Source: a virus (taxonomy: Duplodnaviria > Heunggongvirae > Uroviricota > Caudoviricetes). Taken from it: a stretch of DNA of 64,000 nt. The translations under genes and the position numbers were made by a program. The DNA lies in IMG/VR virus record IMGVR_UViG_3300025011_000026, one strand, 5' to 3'. Within the stretch, counting starts at the first letter, position 1. Each line of letters opens with the position of its first letter. Positions 37,983 through 47,495 of the stretch are shown piece after piece. The notes under the pieces were generated by a model. That model did no database searches. It was given only the letters and a program-made list of their open reading frames with translations, and had not been told where the DNA came from.

Positions 37983-40175
37983 TTGGCAAACATTACAAAA
38001 ATAGAAGCAGGATTGCATACAAAAGAATCTTATATGCCTTATGCTATGAGTACAATATTAGATAGAGCATTACCTGATGTTAGGGATGGCATGAAACCAA
38101 TCCATAGAAGAGTTCTTTATTCTATGTATAAAGCTGGAATTACATATGATAAAGATAGGGCAAAGACAACTGAACCTATTGCAGAAACAATGAAAATACA
38201 TCATCATGGAGACGCTTCTATTTTGGAAGCTCTTGCTTTAATGACTGAGCAAAATGAATCATTGTTACATCCGTATATTGATGGAGAAGGTGCTTTTGGA
38301 AAAGTTTATTCAAAAGATAGTCCATCAGCCCCAAGATACACATATTGCAGATTAAATAAATTCTCTGAAGAATATTTTAAAGATGTTGATAATGGAGTTA
38401 TTCAATTAATTGGTGAAGACAAAAAACACTTACAACCAATTGTTTTAAGTTCTAGTTTTCCTAATATTCTTATTAAAAATAATTCTGGAATCGCTTGTGC
38501 TGAGGCATGTAATTTCCCTAGTTTTAATTTGTCAGAAGTGTGTGATACAACAATTGAATATATCAAAGATGAGAATGTCTATTTGCTAAACACATTAAAA
38601 GCTGTAGATTTTTCTACTAGAGGAGAATTAATTTACAATGAAAATGACTTGAATAAAATATATGATACAGGTCAAGGATCAATTCTACTAAGATCAAAAT
38701 ACACTTATGACAAAACCAATAATTGTATAGATGTATATGAAATTCCATATAGTACAACTGTTGATACTATAATATCTAAAATTACTGATTTAATTAAAAA
38801 AGACAGTGGTTTTAAAGATATTTTAGATATTAGAGATGAGACTGGATTTAATACAAAAACAAGCAAAGAAGAAATGAAGATTACAATTGATGTAAAAAAG
38901 AATACAGATGTGGATTTGTTAATGAAAAAACTTTTTAAGAAGACTCCATTGCAATCATATTTTTCAGCAAATATGAATTGTTTGGTTGATTATAAACCAA
39001 AAGTATTAGGCATTAAACAAATACTTGATGAGTGGCTTAAATTCAGATATGAGTGTGTTAATAAAGGATTAGAATATAATATTAATACATTATCAGGTAA
39101 ATTACATTTACTCAAAGGATTAGAGAAAGCATTATTGGATATTGATAGTGTTATTGCAATTGTTAGAAATTCTGAAAATGATAATAATGCCATACAAAAA
39201 TTAATGAACAAATTTAATATTGATAATGAACAATCTGAACATATAGTTGATATAAAATTAAGAAACATAAACAAAAATTATATTGTCAATAAAATTAAAG
39301 ATATTCAATTATTTGAACAAAATATCAACGACTTAAAATACAAGCATGATAATAAAGAAGAAATTGATAAAATTATTATTGATGATTTGGAAAGAATTAA
39401 GAAAGCATATGGCGTACCTCGTAAAACAGAAATAATTTACTCAGATTCAATGGAAGATGTATCAGAAGTGCAATTGATCGAAGATTATAATATCAGATAT
39501 TATTTAACCAATGATGGTTATTTAAAGAAAATTCCTTTGACATCATTAAGAGGAAGTTCTGAGCATAAATTAAAGGAAAAAGATTATATTATGTCTGAAA
39601 TTGATTCAACTAATAAATCTGATTTACTTTTATTCTCTAACAAAGGAATAGCATATAAATTAAAATCATATGAATTGCCTGATACAAAAATATCAAATCA
39701 AGGAGAATATTTGTCCAATATCATTGACTTAGACAAAGATGAAAAAATAATATATATGATTTCTACTACAGACTACTCAGGTTATTTATTACTTGCTTTT
39801 AAAAATGGTAAAATTGCTAAGATTAATTTATCCTCATATGCTACAAAAACAAACAGGAGTAAATTAATTAATGCTTATAGTACAGATAGTGAAATTGTAA
39901 ATATGTTACATTTAGAAAAAGATGTTGATTTATTGTGCAAGAGTAGTATTAATAAGGTATTAATTATTAATACAAATCAAATTGCAGTTAAATCAAGTAA
40001 GATGAGCGTAGGGGTAAGTGTATTGAAGAGTAAGAATGAAAGTTGTATGGATTTATGTGTTTTGTTGGAGGTGGTTAGTGGATTAGATGATGAGGGAATT
40101 AAGTATTATAGTGGGAATGTTAATTCTGTTGGGAATTATTTGAAAAAGGGAGATGTTATTAATGTTGTAAGGTGA
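37983..40175 (+). CDS. type II DNA topoisomerase, DNA breakage-reunion subunit (GyrA/ParC/T4 gp52-like)
   Basis: GMKPIHRRVLYSMY and active-site region APRYTYCRLN (GyrA AxRYTExRL-like). Confidence 0.8.
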   Translation: MANITKIEAGLHTKESYMPYAMSTILDRALPDVRDGMKPIHRRVLYSMYKAGITYDKDRAKTTEPIAETMKIHHHGDASILEALALMTEQNESLLHPYIDGEGAFGKVYSKDSPSAPRYTYCRLNKFSEEYFKDVDNGVIQLIGEDKKHLQPIVLSSSFPNILIKNNSGIACAEACNFPSFNLSEVCDTTIEYIKDENVYLLNTLKAVDFSTRGELIYNENDLNKIYDTGQGSILLRSKYTYDKTNNCIDVYEIPYSTTVDTIISKITDLIKKDSGFKDILDIRDETGFNTKTSKEEMKITIDVKKNTDVDLLMKKLFKKTPLQSYFSANMNCLVDYKPKVLGIKQILDEWLKFRYECVNKGLEYNINTLSGKLHLLKGLEKALLDIDSVIAIVRNSENDNNAIQKLMNKFNIDNEQSEHIVDIKLRNINKNYIVNKIKDIQLFEQNINDLKYKHDNKEEIDKIIIDDLERIKKAYGVPRKTEIIYSDSMEDVSEVQLIEDYNIRYYLTNDGYLKKIPLTSLRGSSEHKLKEKDYIMSEIDSTNKSDLLLFSNKGIAYKLKSYELPDTKISNQGEYLSNIIDLDKDEKIIYMISTTDYSGYLLLAFKNGKIAKINLSSYATKTNRSKLINAYSTDSEIVNMLHLEKDVDLLCKSSINKVLIINTNQIAVKSSKMSVGVSVLKSKNESCMDLCVLLEVVSGLDDEGIKYYSGNVNSVGNYLKKGDVINVVR

Positions 40176-40275
40176 TTATGTAAGTGATAAATAATTTTTA
40201 TGTTGTGTTTAATTATTAGTTAAAAGTATATAGCATTGATTGATAAATATAATAAATGAAAGAAGGAATTAATAA

Positions 40276-40902
40276 ATGAAAATTATTAAAGCAAGCGTAG
40301 AAGTATTAGACCAAATTAATGGAGATGAAATCCTTAAACATATTGAAATAGTCGGACGAACTTGTTACAAAAGTGAAGATAAAATAACTCCCGACTCGTC
40401 ACGTAAATTCGTTGCAGACCTAATTAAAAGGAGTCATGAGGCTATGATTGAGCACTTCAATATCTCTGTTAAGTTTATTTGCGATAGAGGTGTTACACAT
40501 GAAATTGTAAGACATAGAATAGCTTCTTATGCTCAAGAAAGTACAAGATATTGTAATTATAATCAAGAGAAATTTGGTAAAGAAATTACAGTAATTAAAC
40601 CTTTATTTTGGGATGATGGTTCTAAATTATATCAATCTTGGAGAATAGGATGCCTACAAGCTGAGATTACATATTTTGAATTATTAGCGTTAGGAGCAAG
40701 TCCTCAAGAAGCACGATCAGTATTACCTAATTCCCTTAAAACCGAAATTGTTGTTACTATGAATCTTAGAGAATTGAGGCATTTCTTTAGATTAAGAACT
40801 GCTAAAACAGCTCATCCTCAAATGCGCGAAGTTGCTATTATGTTATTAGAAGAATTAAAAAATAAAATTCCTGTAATTTTTGATGACATTGAGGTGAAAT
40901 AA
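40276..40902 (+). CDS. thyX: flavin-dependent thymidylate synthase ThyX
   Basis: ThyX signature RHRIASYAQESTRY (RHRxxSxxxxSxR-like); 208 aa. Confidence 0.7.
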   Translation: MKIIKASVEVLDQINGDEILKHIEIVGRTCYKSEDKITPDSSRKFVADLIKRSHEAMIEHFNISVKFICDRGVTHEIVRHRIASYAQESTRYCNYNQEKFGKEITVIKPLFWDDGSKLYQSWRIGCLQAEITYFELLALGASPQEARSVLPNSLKTEIVVTMNLRELRHFFRLRTAKTAHPQMREVAIMLLEELKNKIPVIFDDIEVK

Positions 40903-40903
40903 T

Positions 40904-42463
40904 TTGAATAAATTAAAAAATAAAATTGTTGTAGTTAGTGGTTTTAGTGCTTGTGTTGATGGGGATACAGAATATTTCAATGGTACGAGATGGATAAAAA
41001 TAAAAGATTATTCTGAAGGGGATGAGGTTTTACAATATCATTCAGATGGGACTACAAATTTAACATATCCACAAAAATATATCAAAGAACCTTGTAAAGA
41101 AATGTGGTATTTTAGAACGAAACATGGATTAAATCAATGTTTAACAGATGAACATGAAGTTTATTACATTACATCAAAAAATAATTTATATCATAAGACG
41201 TTTAAGGAGATAAGAGAGCAACATAATTCTAATAAAAATGGTTTTAGTGGTAAATTCATAACTACTTTCAATTATGGAGGGAAAGGAATTGAATTAACTG
41301 ACAATGAGATAAAATTAATGTGTGCTGTAATTTGTGATTCTTCTTTTCCAAACGGTACAAATAAATGTTTTTTTAATCTTAAAAAAGATAGAAAAAAAAA
41401 TGCTTTAAGAAAATTACTTAAAGAAATGAATTACGAATGGGAGGAAAAAGAATATGACTCAATGAAGGGGTATACAAGATTTTTCTTAAATGCTCCAAGA
41501 AAAGAAAAGGAATTTTCCCCATACTGGTATAATTGTAATCAGCACCAACTCAAAATAATTTGTGACAACATTATTCAATGGGATGGTAGTACATCCAGTG
41601 ATAGTATAAGATTTTTCTCTACTTCAAAAGATACTGCTGATTTTATTCAATTTGCTTTTTCGGCTTGTGGAATAAGAGCGAATTTATTAGAAAATGATAG
41701 GAGGGGAAGAATAAAGTATAATGAGACGACAAATAAAGAATATATTACTAAATCTATTGATTATGTGATAAATATTTGCAATAGTAAATTATTATCATTA
41801 ATAAGAGATAAAAATAAAAAAATCGAATTTAGCAAATACATAACTAAAGATGGATTTAAATATTGCTTTACAGTACCTAGTGGAATTTTAGTTTTAAGAA
41901 GAGATGGTTGTATATTTATAACTGGCAATTGTGGTAAAGACTCAATTCAAAAATACATATCTGATAATTACAATTACCAAATGGTGATATCACATTCATC
42001 TCGTCCTATGCGTCCAAATGAAGATGAAGGTAATCCATATTATTTCATTACAAGAAAACAATTTGAAGATATGATTAAACAAAATGAATTTATTGAGTGT
42101 AGGAAATATAATACACTTGTAAATAATGTGAATGATGTTTGGTATTATGGAGTTAGTAAAAATTCTATTGACTTAACAAAAAATAATTACATAGTAGTTC
42201 TGGATATTTTGGGATTAATAGAGATTAAAAAATATTTCAAAGATAATGTAATTTCATTCTTTATTGATGTTGATGAACCAATTAGAAAACAACGTGCTAT
42301 TAATCGACAAGGATTTGACCCCACAGAATGGGATAGGCGTTATCAAGATGATATTAAAAGCTTTTCTCAAGAAGTAATAAATAAAGAAGTTGATTATATT
42401 ATTGAGAATTATGATTTTGATAAATGTGTAAGTGAAATTCTTAGTAAGATTGGAGAGATTTAA
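40904..42463 (+). CDS. guanylate-kinase-like (d)NMP kinase interrupted by an intein in the P-loop
   Basis: N-extein KIVVVSGFSA plus C-extein CGKDS... reconstitutes a Walker A loop; C-extein carries the GK signature SHSSRPMRPNEDEGNPYYFITRKQFEDMIKQNEFIE. Confidence 0.6.
   Translation: MNKLKNKIVVVSGFSACVDGDTEYFNGTRWIKIKDYSEGDEVLQYHSDGTTNLTYPQKYIKEPCKEMWYFRTKHGLNQCLTDEHEVYYITSKNNLYHKTFKEIREQHNSNKNGFSGKFITTFNYGGKGIELTDNEIKLMCAVICDSSFPNGTNKCFFNLKKDRKKNALRKLLKEMNYEWEEKEYDSMKGYTRFFLNAPRKEKEFSPYWYNCNQHQLKIICDNIIQWDGSTSSDSIRFFSTSKDTADFIQFAFSACGIRANLLENDRRGRIKYNETTNKEYITKSIDYVINICNSKLLSLIRDKNKKIEFSKYITKDGFKYCFTVPSGILVLRRDGCIFITGNCGKDSIQKYISDNYNYQMVISHSSRPMRPNEDEGNPYYFITRKQFEDMIKQNEFIECRKYNTLVNNVNDVWYYGVSKNSIDLTKNNYIVVLDILGLIEIKKYFKDNVISFFIDVDEPIRKQRAINRQGFDPTEWDRRYQDDIKSFSQEVINKEVDYIIENYDFDKCVSEILSKIGEI
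40952..41929 (+). mobile_element. intein (326 aa) inserted in the kinase P-loop; degenerate LAGLIDADG-like homing endonuclease core
   Basis: starts CVDGDT (block A) directly after GFSA; ends ...FITGN followed by +1 Cys; LMCAVICDSSF and IICDNIIQWDGS resemble degenerate LAGLIDADG helices. Confidence 0.55.
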
Positions 42464-43042
42464 TTGATAGATAAAACTAAGTTATTTTTGGACTGTGATA
42501 ATTGTCTCACAGCAAGCACTAGAAGTTTTTGCGAATCTTACAACATTCTATACAAATATCATAAAGATTTTAAACCTGCAAATTGGGAACTAGTTAATGA
42601 GTGGAATATGCAAGATCAGTGTCCTATTCTTAAAACAGATTCAGATGTATTAGAAATATTTGAAACTCCAATATTCTTCAAATTACTCAAACTCATAAAC
42701 GACAATACATACGAAATAGCCAGAGAATTAAATGAAAAATATCATATAATTATAGCGTCAATTGGAACTCCGATTAATTTATCTAGGAAAGCAATGTATT
42801 TGCAAGAAACTTTGCCATTTATTAAAGACTATATTCTAATGTATAATAATGGGATAAAAATGAATAAAGAGATTATCCAAATGAATTATCCTGAATCAAT
42901 TTTTATAGATGACCATATATCAAATTTAATTTCAAGTAATGCAATAAATAAATATGTGTTTGGTAAGGATTATCCTTGGAGTAAAACAAATGATTATGAT
43001 AGATTATGGAATTGGACAGATGTTGCCAATAAATTGTTGTAA
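42464..43042 (+). CDS. HAD-superfamily 5'(3')-deoxyribonucleotidase-like protein
   Basis: N-terminal motif I LFLDCDNCL (DxDx-type); nucleotide-metabolism context. Confidence 0.45.
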   Translation: MIDKTKLFLDCDNCLTASTRSFCESYNILYKYHKDFKPANWELVNEWNMQDQCPILKTDSDVLEIFETPIFFKLLKLINDNTYEIARELNEKYHIIIASIGTPINLSRKAMYLQETLPFIKDYILMYNNGIKMNKEIIQMNYPESIFIDDHISNLISSNAINKYVFGKDYPWSKTNDYDRLWNWTDVANKLL

Positions 43043-43077
43043 AAGTTAAAAATAAAATATATGGAGGTAATAATAAT

Positions 43078-43356
43078 ATGTGTAAAGACGAAAATGATGA
43101 CGAAAATAAAATTGAAGATTTTCTAGAATATGATGTTAGTAATATTGAGTGGTTAAGAGTTTGTAATTCTCAAATTCCCTATAGTGAATTATTGGATAAA
43201 AATGCATTAGGTGAGTATTTTAAAAATGAGAATAAGAAATATTGCGAACAAAATGGTTTATGTGAGATTTGCAGGAATCCTTTACAAGAACGTGTAGAAT
43301 ATGAAGATGGAATGATTAGTGAAAAATATTGGATTTGTAAATATGGATGCAATTAA
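43078..43356 (+). CDS. Cys-containing hypothetical protein (92 aa)
   Basis: RBS GGAGGTAATAATAATATG; CEQNGLCEIC. Confidence 0.45.
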   Translation: MCKDENDDENKIEDFLEYDVSNIEWLRVCNSQIPYSELLDKNALGEYFKNENKKYCEQNGLCEICRNPLQERVEYEDGMISEKYWICKYGCN

Positions 43357-43519
43357 TAATTATCTAAAAGATGTAATAAAGAAATACGAAGATATACAAA
43401 AATGGAAGATAGAGAATAACTATTCTAATCTTTTGTTTGAAGATTATGGTACTCCTACTGATTATGAAGATTGGATTAATGAATTTACTAAATTTTGTAT
43501 AGAAATTAATCATAGATAA
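43343..43519 (+). CDS. hypothetical protein
   Basis: ATG 43343 overlapping previous stop. Confidence 0.4.
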   Translation: MDAINNYLKDVIKKYEDIQKWKIENNYSNLLFEDYGTPTDYEDWINEFTKFCIEINHR

Positions 43520-43594
43520 GGTACACTTAATCCTAATTATAAAAAATAAATTAAGTAATAAATAAAATTAAAAAACGAAAGAAGGATTTATATA

Positions 43595-44080
43595 ATGGCA
43601 AAATTTAAACAAATTGGTGGAAACCCTAAAGAAATCGCGTATGATGCAAAAGATATATTGATTTGGATGAAATGCTTAGAAAATAAATCTCATCCATCAT
43701 ATCTAATTACTCCTTATGCTGTAACGCATGTAAAATTAGGATGTCCATTGTGTGAAGGTAGAGAAGTTATTATTCCTTATCAAGTGAGATTTGGAATTAA
43801 ACTATACAATGATGATAGCAGTAATGGATCAGTTTTTGGTAGTAATTGTTATTTTACTACAATTAATGAAGCAAAAAATGAAGTAATGAATACATTTAAT
43901 ACAGCAATTAAGGAAATGTTTTCTGATGCAGAATGTGGTGAATTAATTATGGTTAGTGATTTAAAGTGTGATTGTGGATGTGGTTTTGAATCTGCTAAGT
44001 ATAAGGATGAGACAGAACTGGTTGGCAGAATGGAGGTAGAATTTGAGGGAGGGGAAGGGTATGTTGAGATTGTAAAGTGA
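43595..44080 (+). CDS. hypothetical Cys-rich protein (161 aa)
   Basis: RBS GAAGGATT; CPLCEG and CDCGCG motifs; last + strand gene before strand switch. Confidence 0.5.
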   Translation: MAKFKQIGGNPKEIAYDAKDILIWMKCLENKSHPSYLITPYAVTHVKLGCPLCEGREVIIPYQVRFGIKLYNDDSSNGSVFGSNCYFTTINEAKNEVMNTFNTAIKEMFSDAECGELIMVSDLKCDCGCGFESAKYKDETELVGRMEVEFEGGEGYVEIVK

Positions 44081-44087
44081 TAAGAAT

Positions 44088-44867
44088 CTACTTCTTTTTA
44101 ACAATTTCAGTAACTTTTAATTCAATAAAATACTCCTGATGATCTTCACTCAAAAACATAGACAATCTCTGTAGAAAGTTTTCTAATTCCAAGGTATTAA
44201 ATTTCCTCTTAATATTAATCAAAGCATTATTCACTTCAATTTCTTCTACTTTTTTTATAGAAGGAGTTGAAGTAAAATTTTTATCATTAATTTCTTTAAC
44301 ATCTTTATCATTTACCTGAGAAACATTAATATGTCTATTATATGCACGTTTCTTATGATCATCTTGTTCATTAATTTTAGGAAATCCTTTAGCAATTCTT
44401 TCATTGTTCAAATAATCTATGGCAGATTGACCAATAAAAACATTATTACCTTTCTTACTTTTTGCAACTTGCATTGTTAGAAAGTAAGAATTAAGAGAAA
44501 CTGATGAACATTTCCATTGTTTTACAATATCATGATTAGTATGAAGTCTTCTCAATTCTGCTAATGCTTTCTGACTATTTTCAAAATCCAGTGCTTCAAA
44601 TTCTGATTTAGGTGGAATTTCACCTGATTTAATCTTTTCTAGAAGTTCATTCATTTTCATTTCTCCAATCGTTGTTGAGTGAATTACTCCAGCGTTCATG
44701 ACAATTTTTCTTTCAATACCTGTTAAACTCTCAGAAGGGGTTCTTACTGATTCATGTTTTCTCAATCTTAATGCACGACCATGAATTCCATTTCCTGTTC
44801 TCTTTTGCTGTCGAATATCATCTTTTAACATTCTTTCAATTTCTGATTCTTGTTCATAGTCGAACAT
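44088..44867 (-). CDS. hypothetical protein (259 aa), possibly replication-associated
   Basis: first gene downstream of iteron/DnaA-box region on - strand; basic N-terminus; no firm motif. Confidence 0.5.
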   Translation of the reverse strand: MFDYEQESEIERMLKDDIRQQKRTGNGIHGRALRLRKHESVRTPSESLTGIERKIVMNAGVIHSTTIGEMKMNELLEKIKSGEIPPKSEFEALDFENSQKALAELRRLHTNHDIVKQWKCSSVSLNSYFLTMQVAKSKKGNNVFIGQSAIDYLNNERIAKGFPKINEQDDHKKRAYNRHINVSQVNDKDVKEINDKNFTSTPSIKKVEEIEVNNALINIKRKFNTLELENFLQRLSMFLSEDHQEYFIELKVTEIVKKK

Positions 44868-44946
44868 TCTGCACTAACTTTCTTTTTGCTACATAATTAT
44901 TGATGATACCATATCATGATGCTTATCTACTATCGGATAATTTTAC

Positions 44947-44955
44947 CTGTGGATA
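44947..44955 (-). promoter_or_regulatory. DnaA box (TTATCCACA on - strand)
   Basis: perfect 9-mer TGTGGATAA on + strand. Confidence 0.5.
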
Positions 44956-45017
44956 ACTTTCTAATAAAATGGTAATAATAGTAAGATATATACACCTTGT
45001 ATTAGTTTCTTTTGTGG

Positions 45018-45125
45018 GTCTAAAGTTTAGACTGGTCGGGTATAAAACTTAGACGGGTCTAGAATTTAGACAGGTGTTTTCTGTGGATAAGCATCATATA
45101 ACCAGTATAGAATTTAGACAGGTTG
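45018..45125. repeat. four direct iterons TTTAGAC(T/G/A)GGT(C/G/T) (45025, 45048, 45065, 45113), two as exact 16-mers TAGAATTTAGACAGGT
   Basis: read directly; immediately downstream of the 45131..45559 gene stop; candidate origin. Confidence 0.6.
45082..45090 (-). promoter_or_regulatory. DnaA box (perfect TGTGGATAA) within the iteron array
   Basis: read directly. Confidence 0.5.
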
Positions 45126-45130
45126 ACATT

Positions 45131-45559
45131 TTAACTATCTCTTTCTTCCATCATTTTTTCATATAATTTGTCTGCACTAATAACTCCTTCTTTAAAAGAT
45201 TGTTCAATAATTTCTGTTTCTTCTGAGCATAGAAAAATCATCTTTTTGATGTTGCCATTTACACCAGCACTTGCAGTCCACACATAACCATTCTCTTCTA
45301 GCCAATTCAATCCATTTATACAAGATTGGCGAGATAAACCAGTAAGTTTAATTAATTGAGAAATGCTGATCCAATCACCTGTTTTAGCAAATCCCCATGT
45401 TTTTCTAATCATTAAGAGATAAACCTTTAAAGCTGAGAAATTACTAATTCTAGGTATCAATTCATCAAATACAATATTAGGAACCTCCATATAATTTTTC
45501 TGTGGTTTAGGTAATCTGAACATGTTTTCATCCTTCTTTCTAGCAATAAAAACAGGCAA
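45131..45559 (-). CDS. putative replication initiator / replisome-organiser-like winged-HTH protein
   Basis: wHTH-like ISISQLIKLTGLSRQSCINGLNWLEENGYV; iterons start 6 nt after its stop. Confidence 0.45.
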   Translation of the reverse strand: MPVFIARKKDENMFRLPKPQKNYMEVPNIVFDELIPRISNFSALKVYLLMIRKTWGFAKTGDWISISQLIKLTGLSRQSCINGLNWLEENGYVWTASAGVNGNIKKMIFLCSEETEIIEQSFKEGVISADKLYEKMMEERDS

Positions 45560-45570
45560 TGCTAGAAGAG

Positions 45571-45598
45571 TTGACGAATTTCTAAAAAATGATATAAT
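45571..45598 (+). promoter_or_regulatory. promoter TTGACG-N16-TGaTATAAT, divergent from rep gene
   Basis: near-consensus hexamers with extended -10, read directly. Confidence 0.5.
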
Positions 45599-45604
45599 GG
45601 GTAT

Positions 45605-45680
45605 ATAGAAATTTCATCTAGTCTTCTGGGTCTCCTAAAGCGATGTGTCGGCAAAACTCTACGCTTTAGGAGATTTTTCA
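45605..45680 (+). ncRNA. candidate ~75-nt small RNA (promoter plus intrinsic terminator, no ORF)
   Basis: hairpin CTCCTAAAGCG-N19-CGCTTTAGGAG (45632..45672) followed by ATTTTTCATTT; only a 3-codon ORF inside. Confidence 0.3.
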
Positions 45681-45982
45681 TTTGCTTATTTAATTTAAGT
45701 TAGTTACAACACAATAAAAAAGTTGATAGCATGTTCCATTACACACTACCAACTTTTGACATTCTTTTACTAAATTATTACCAAAATATAGACTTGATTT
45801 TTTTCTATATCTGACTATAATTAATATCAAGAGCGTCAAGTAAATGTTGTGTTGGAACATTACTTGATCAAAAGCCTGTCAAGTCCTTGCAAGACCTGAT
45901 GGGCTTCGCTTATTTTATTGAGTTAATTTGTTAGAGTTATATATTCGACAGGTTGATACATTTCTCCTTTAAAGAATTTAAA

Positions 45983-45991
45983 TTATCCACA
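45983..45991 (+). promoter_or_regulatory. DnaA box (perfect TTATCCACA)
   Basis: read directly; third perfect box within about 1 kb. Confidence 0.5.
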
Positions 45992-46143
45992 GGTATTATT
46001 ATACATGAAAGTTATCCCCATGTGTATAGAAATTTTGACAAAATATTTAATCGTTAGGCCGTACAACAAAATCGAAAAAATAAACACTATCCAAAATTAA
46101 CTGGATAGTGCTTTTGTATTTCAATAAAATTCAATGAAATTAA

Positions 46144-46515
46144 TTATTCAGACATGAGATTGTTCATAGTTTTAAGAAAAATACTATCTTTCTTTTTATC
46201 AGAGACTTCAGGAACCATCTCAACCAGCTCATCTCTATCCACAATAACTTCATTTTTCTTTCTCGTTTTCTTCGGAACTTTTACACTATTTACAGAAACC
46301 TTAATATTGCCTGACACAATGTTATCTGTAATTTTTTCATTAAATTTATCCAATTTAAGTTTTTTTGGATAATAATCCATGTAAAATTTTAAACAAGTTT
46401 TAACCAACTGTGAATTAGAAATTCCTTGTTCTTCAATTTGATTAACATAATCAATTAGAATTTTGTCATTTTTTGAACTAAGGTTTGTGCCAACATATTT
46501 TCTCAGGCTACCCAT
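46144..46515 (-). CDS. ParR-like centromere-binding adaptor (putative)
   Basis: small gene immediately downstream of and coupled to the parM-like gene; basic C-terminal half. Confidence 0.4.
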   Translation of the reverse strand: MGSLRKYVGTNLSSKNDKILIDYVNQIEEQGISNSQLVKTCLKFYMDYYPKKLKLDKFNEKITDNIVSGNIKVSVNSVKVPKKTRKKNEVIVDRDELVEMVPEVSDKKKDSIFLKTMNNLMSE

Positions 46516-46517
46516 AA

Positions 46518-47495
46518 TTACTCATCCATATCCCAATATTGTTTTCCTCCATCAAGATATGCTAAAGCATTAGTCAATTGAGGATGTTCACTTGATAACT
46601 TTGCTGTATTATCAAGTTTAATATTAAGATAAGGTAACAATACTTCGGCAGGGCCTCCCATGACACAAGTTTCTAATGCCTGTTGTAAATCAAATGTTTT
46701 TTCCAAAGAAGAAATTACATTATCGATATAATCTATAAGAATTTCATCTTTTGTCCTATCTAGATCATAACTTTGCTTTCGCAATGTAATCTCTGACCGT
46801 TTAAGATATTGCAATAATTCATGAGGTTTAAATCTAGTTCCATTCTTAGAATTAAAAGTTGTTGTAATTTGCTCTAGTATTTGATCAAAACCAAATTGTG
46901 TATAACTTACTTTAGAATCTAAAATTACTTCAGTATTTTCAGGATTAATATCGTCACCTTTACGCCATAATGAAGCATCTAAAGTTCCACCACCAAAATC
47001 TAAAACCAATAGGGGATATTCATATCTTCCTTTTTGAGAATCAGTTATTCCAGATTGAATGTAGCAAATAGAATCAGTTATTTCAATATTGATATTACCT
47101 CTATCATCACCGATATTAATAGTTTGTGCTTTCATAGTTTTTAATTTTTCAAGATATGCATTTGCATGTTGTTTGTAATAACCAGCCGGAGTACCAACTA
47201 CTAATTTAACTTTAATATCTTTACATTCTGGAAAACTTAAAGCAATAGAAGTTAATGTACATAAATCAAAATGTGTTGTGGTGTATTTATCTGGATTGAT
47301 ATAAATTTTTCCTTCTGGATCTCCTACAAGATGACTTAAGCCATCTTTTTTAACTAAGTAAGTATTACTTTTTAGTAGACCATCGCCCTCAGTATTAAAC
47401 TTAATTCTTGCTCTCAATACTATCCCTTTACTGGTTTTGTAGTACGAATTTCCTGCATCAAGACCTAAAATTTCTTCATCGTTCATCTCATTCAT
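46518..47495 (-). CDS. actin-like segregation ATPase (ParM/StbA/Alp family)
   Basis: phosphate-1 motif LGLDAGNSYYK, phosphate-2 LVLDFGGGTLDASLW, adenosine motif region; 325 aa. Confidence 0.7.
   Translation of the reverse strand: MNEMNDEEILGLDAGNSYYKTSKGIVLRARIKFNTEGDGLLKSNTYLVKKDGLSHLVGDPEGKIYINPDKYTTTHFDLCTLTSIALSFPECKDIKVKLVVGTPAGYYKQHANAYLEKLKTMKAQTINIGDDRGNINIEITDSICYIQSGITDSQKGRYEYPLLVLDFGGGTLDASLWRKGDDINPENTEVILDSKVSYTQFGFDQILEQITTTFNSKNGTRFKPHELLQYLKRSEITLRKQSYDLDRTKDEILIDYIDNVISSLEKTFDLQQALETCVMGGPAEVLLPYLNIKLDNTAKLSSEHPQLTNALAYLDGGKQYWDMDE

Noticed and set aside
19687-39274. Spurious ORFs overlapping large genes (19687..19929, 20009..20209, 20442..20753, 20856..21062, 23495..23677, 25728..25937, 31218..31466, 31432..31629, 31522..31728, 33094..33342, 33835..34095, 34686..34925, 34926..35183, 35376..35645, 37311..37523, 38990..39274)
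   Set aside because: They lie within or antisense to motif-supported genes (HNH, DnaE, NrdJ, HEG-like, topoisomerases). No RBS; compositionally biased.
45700-46140. Structured-looking region (imperfect hairpin CAAGTAAATGTT...AACATTACTTG, GCCTGTCAAG...CTTGCAAGAC) between rep and parR; considered as second ncRNA or toxin-antitoxin locus
   Set aside because: Stems are imperfect, and no promoter or terminator pair or small ORF with an RBS could be defined. Only the DnaA box at 45983 is reported.
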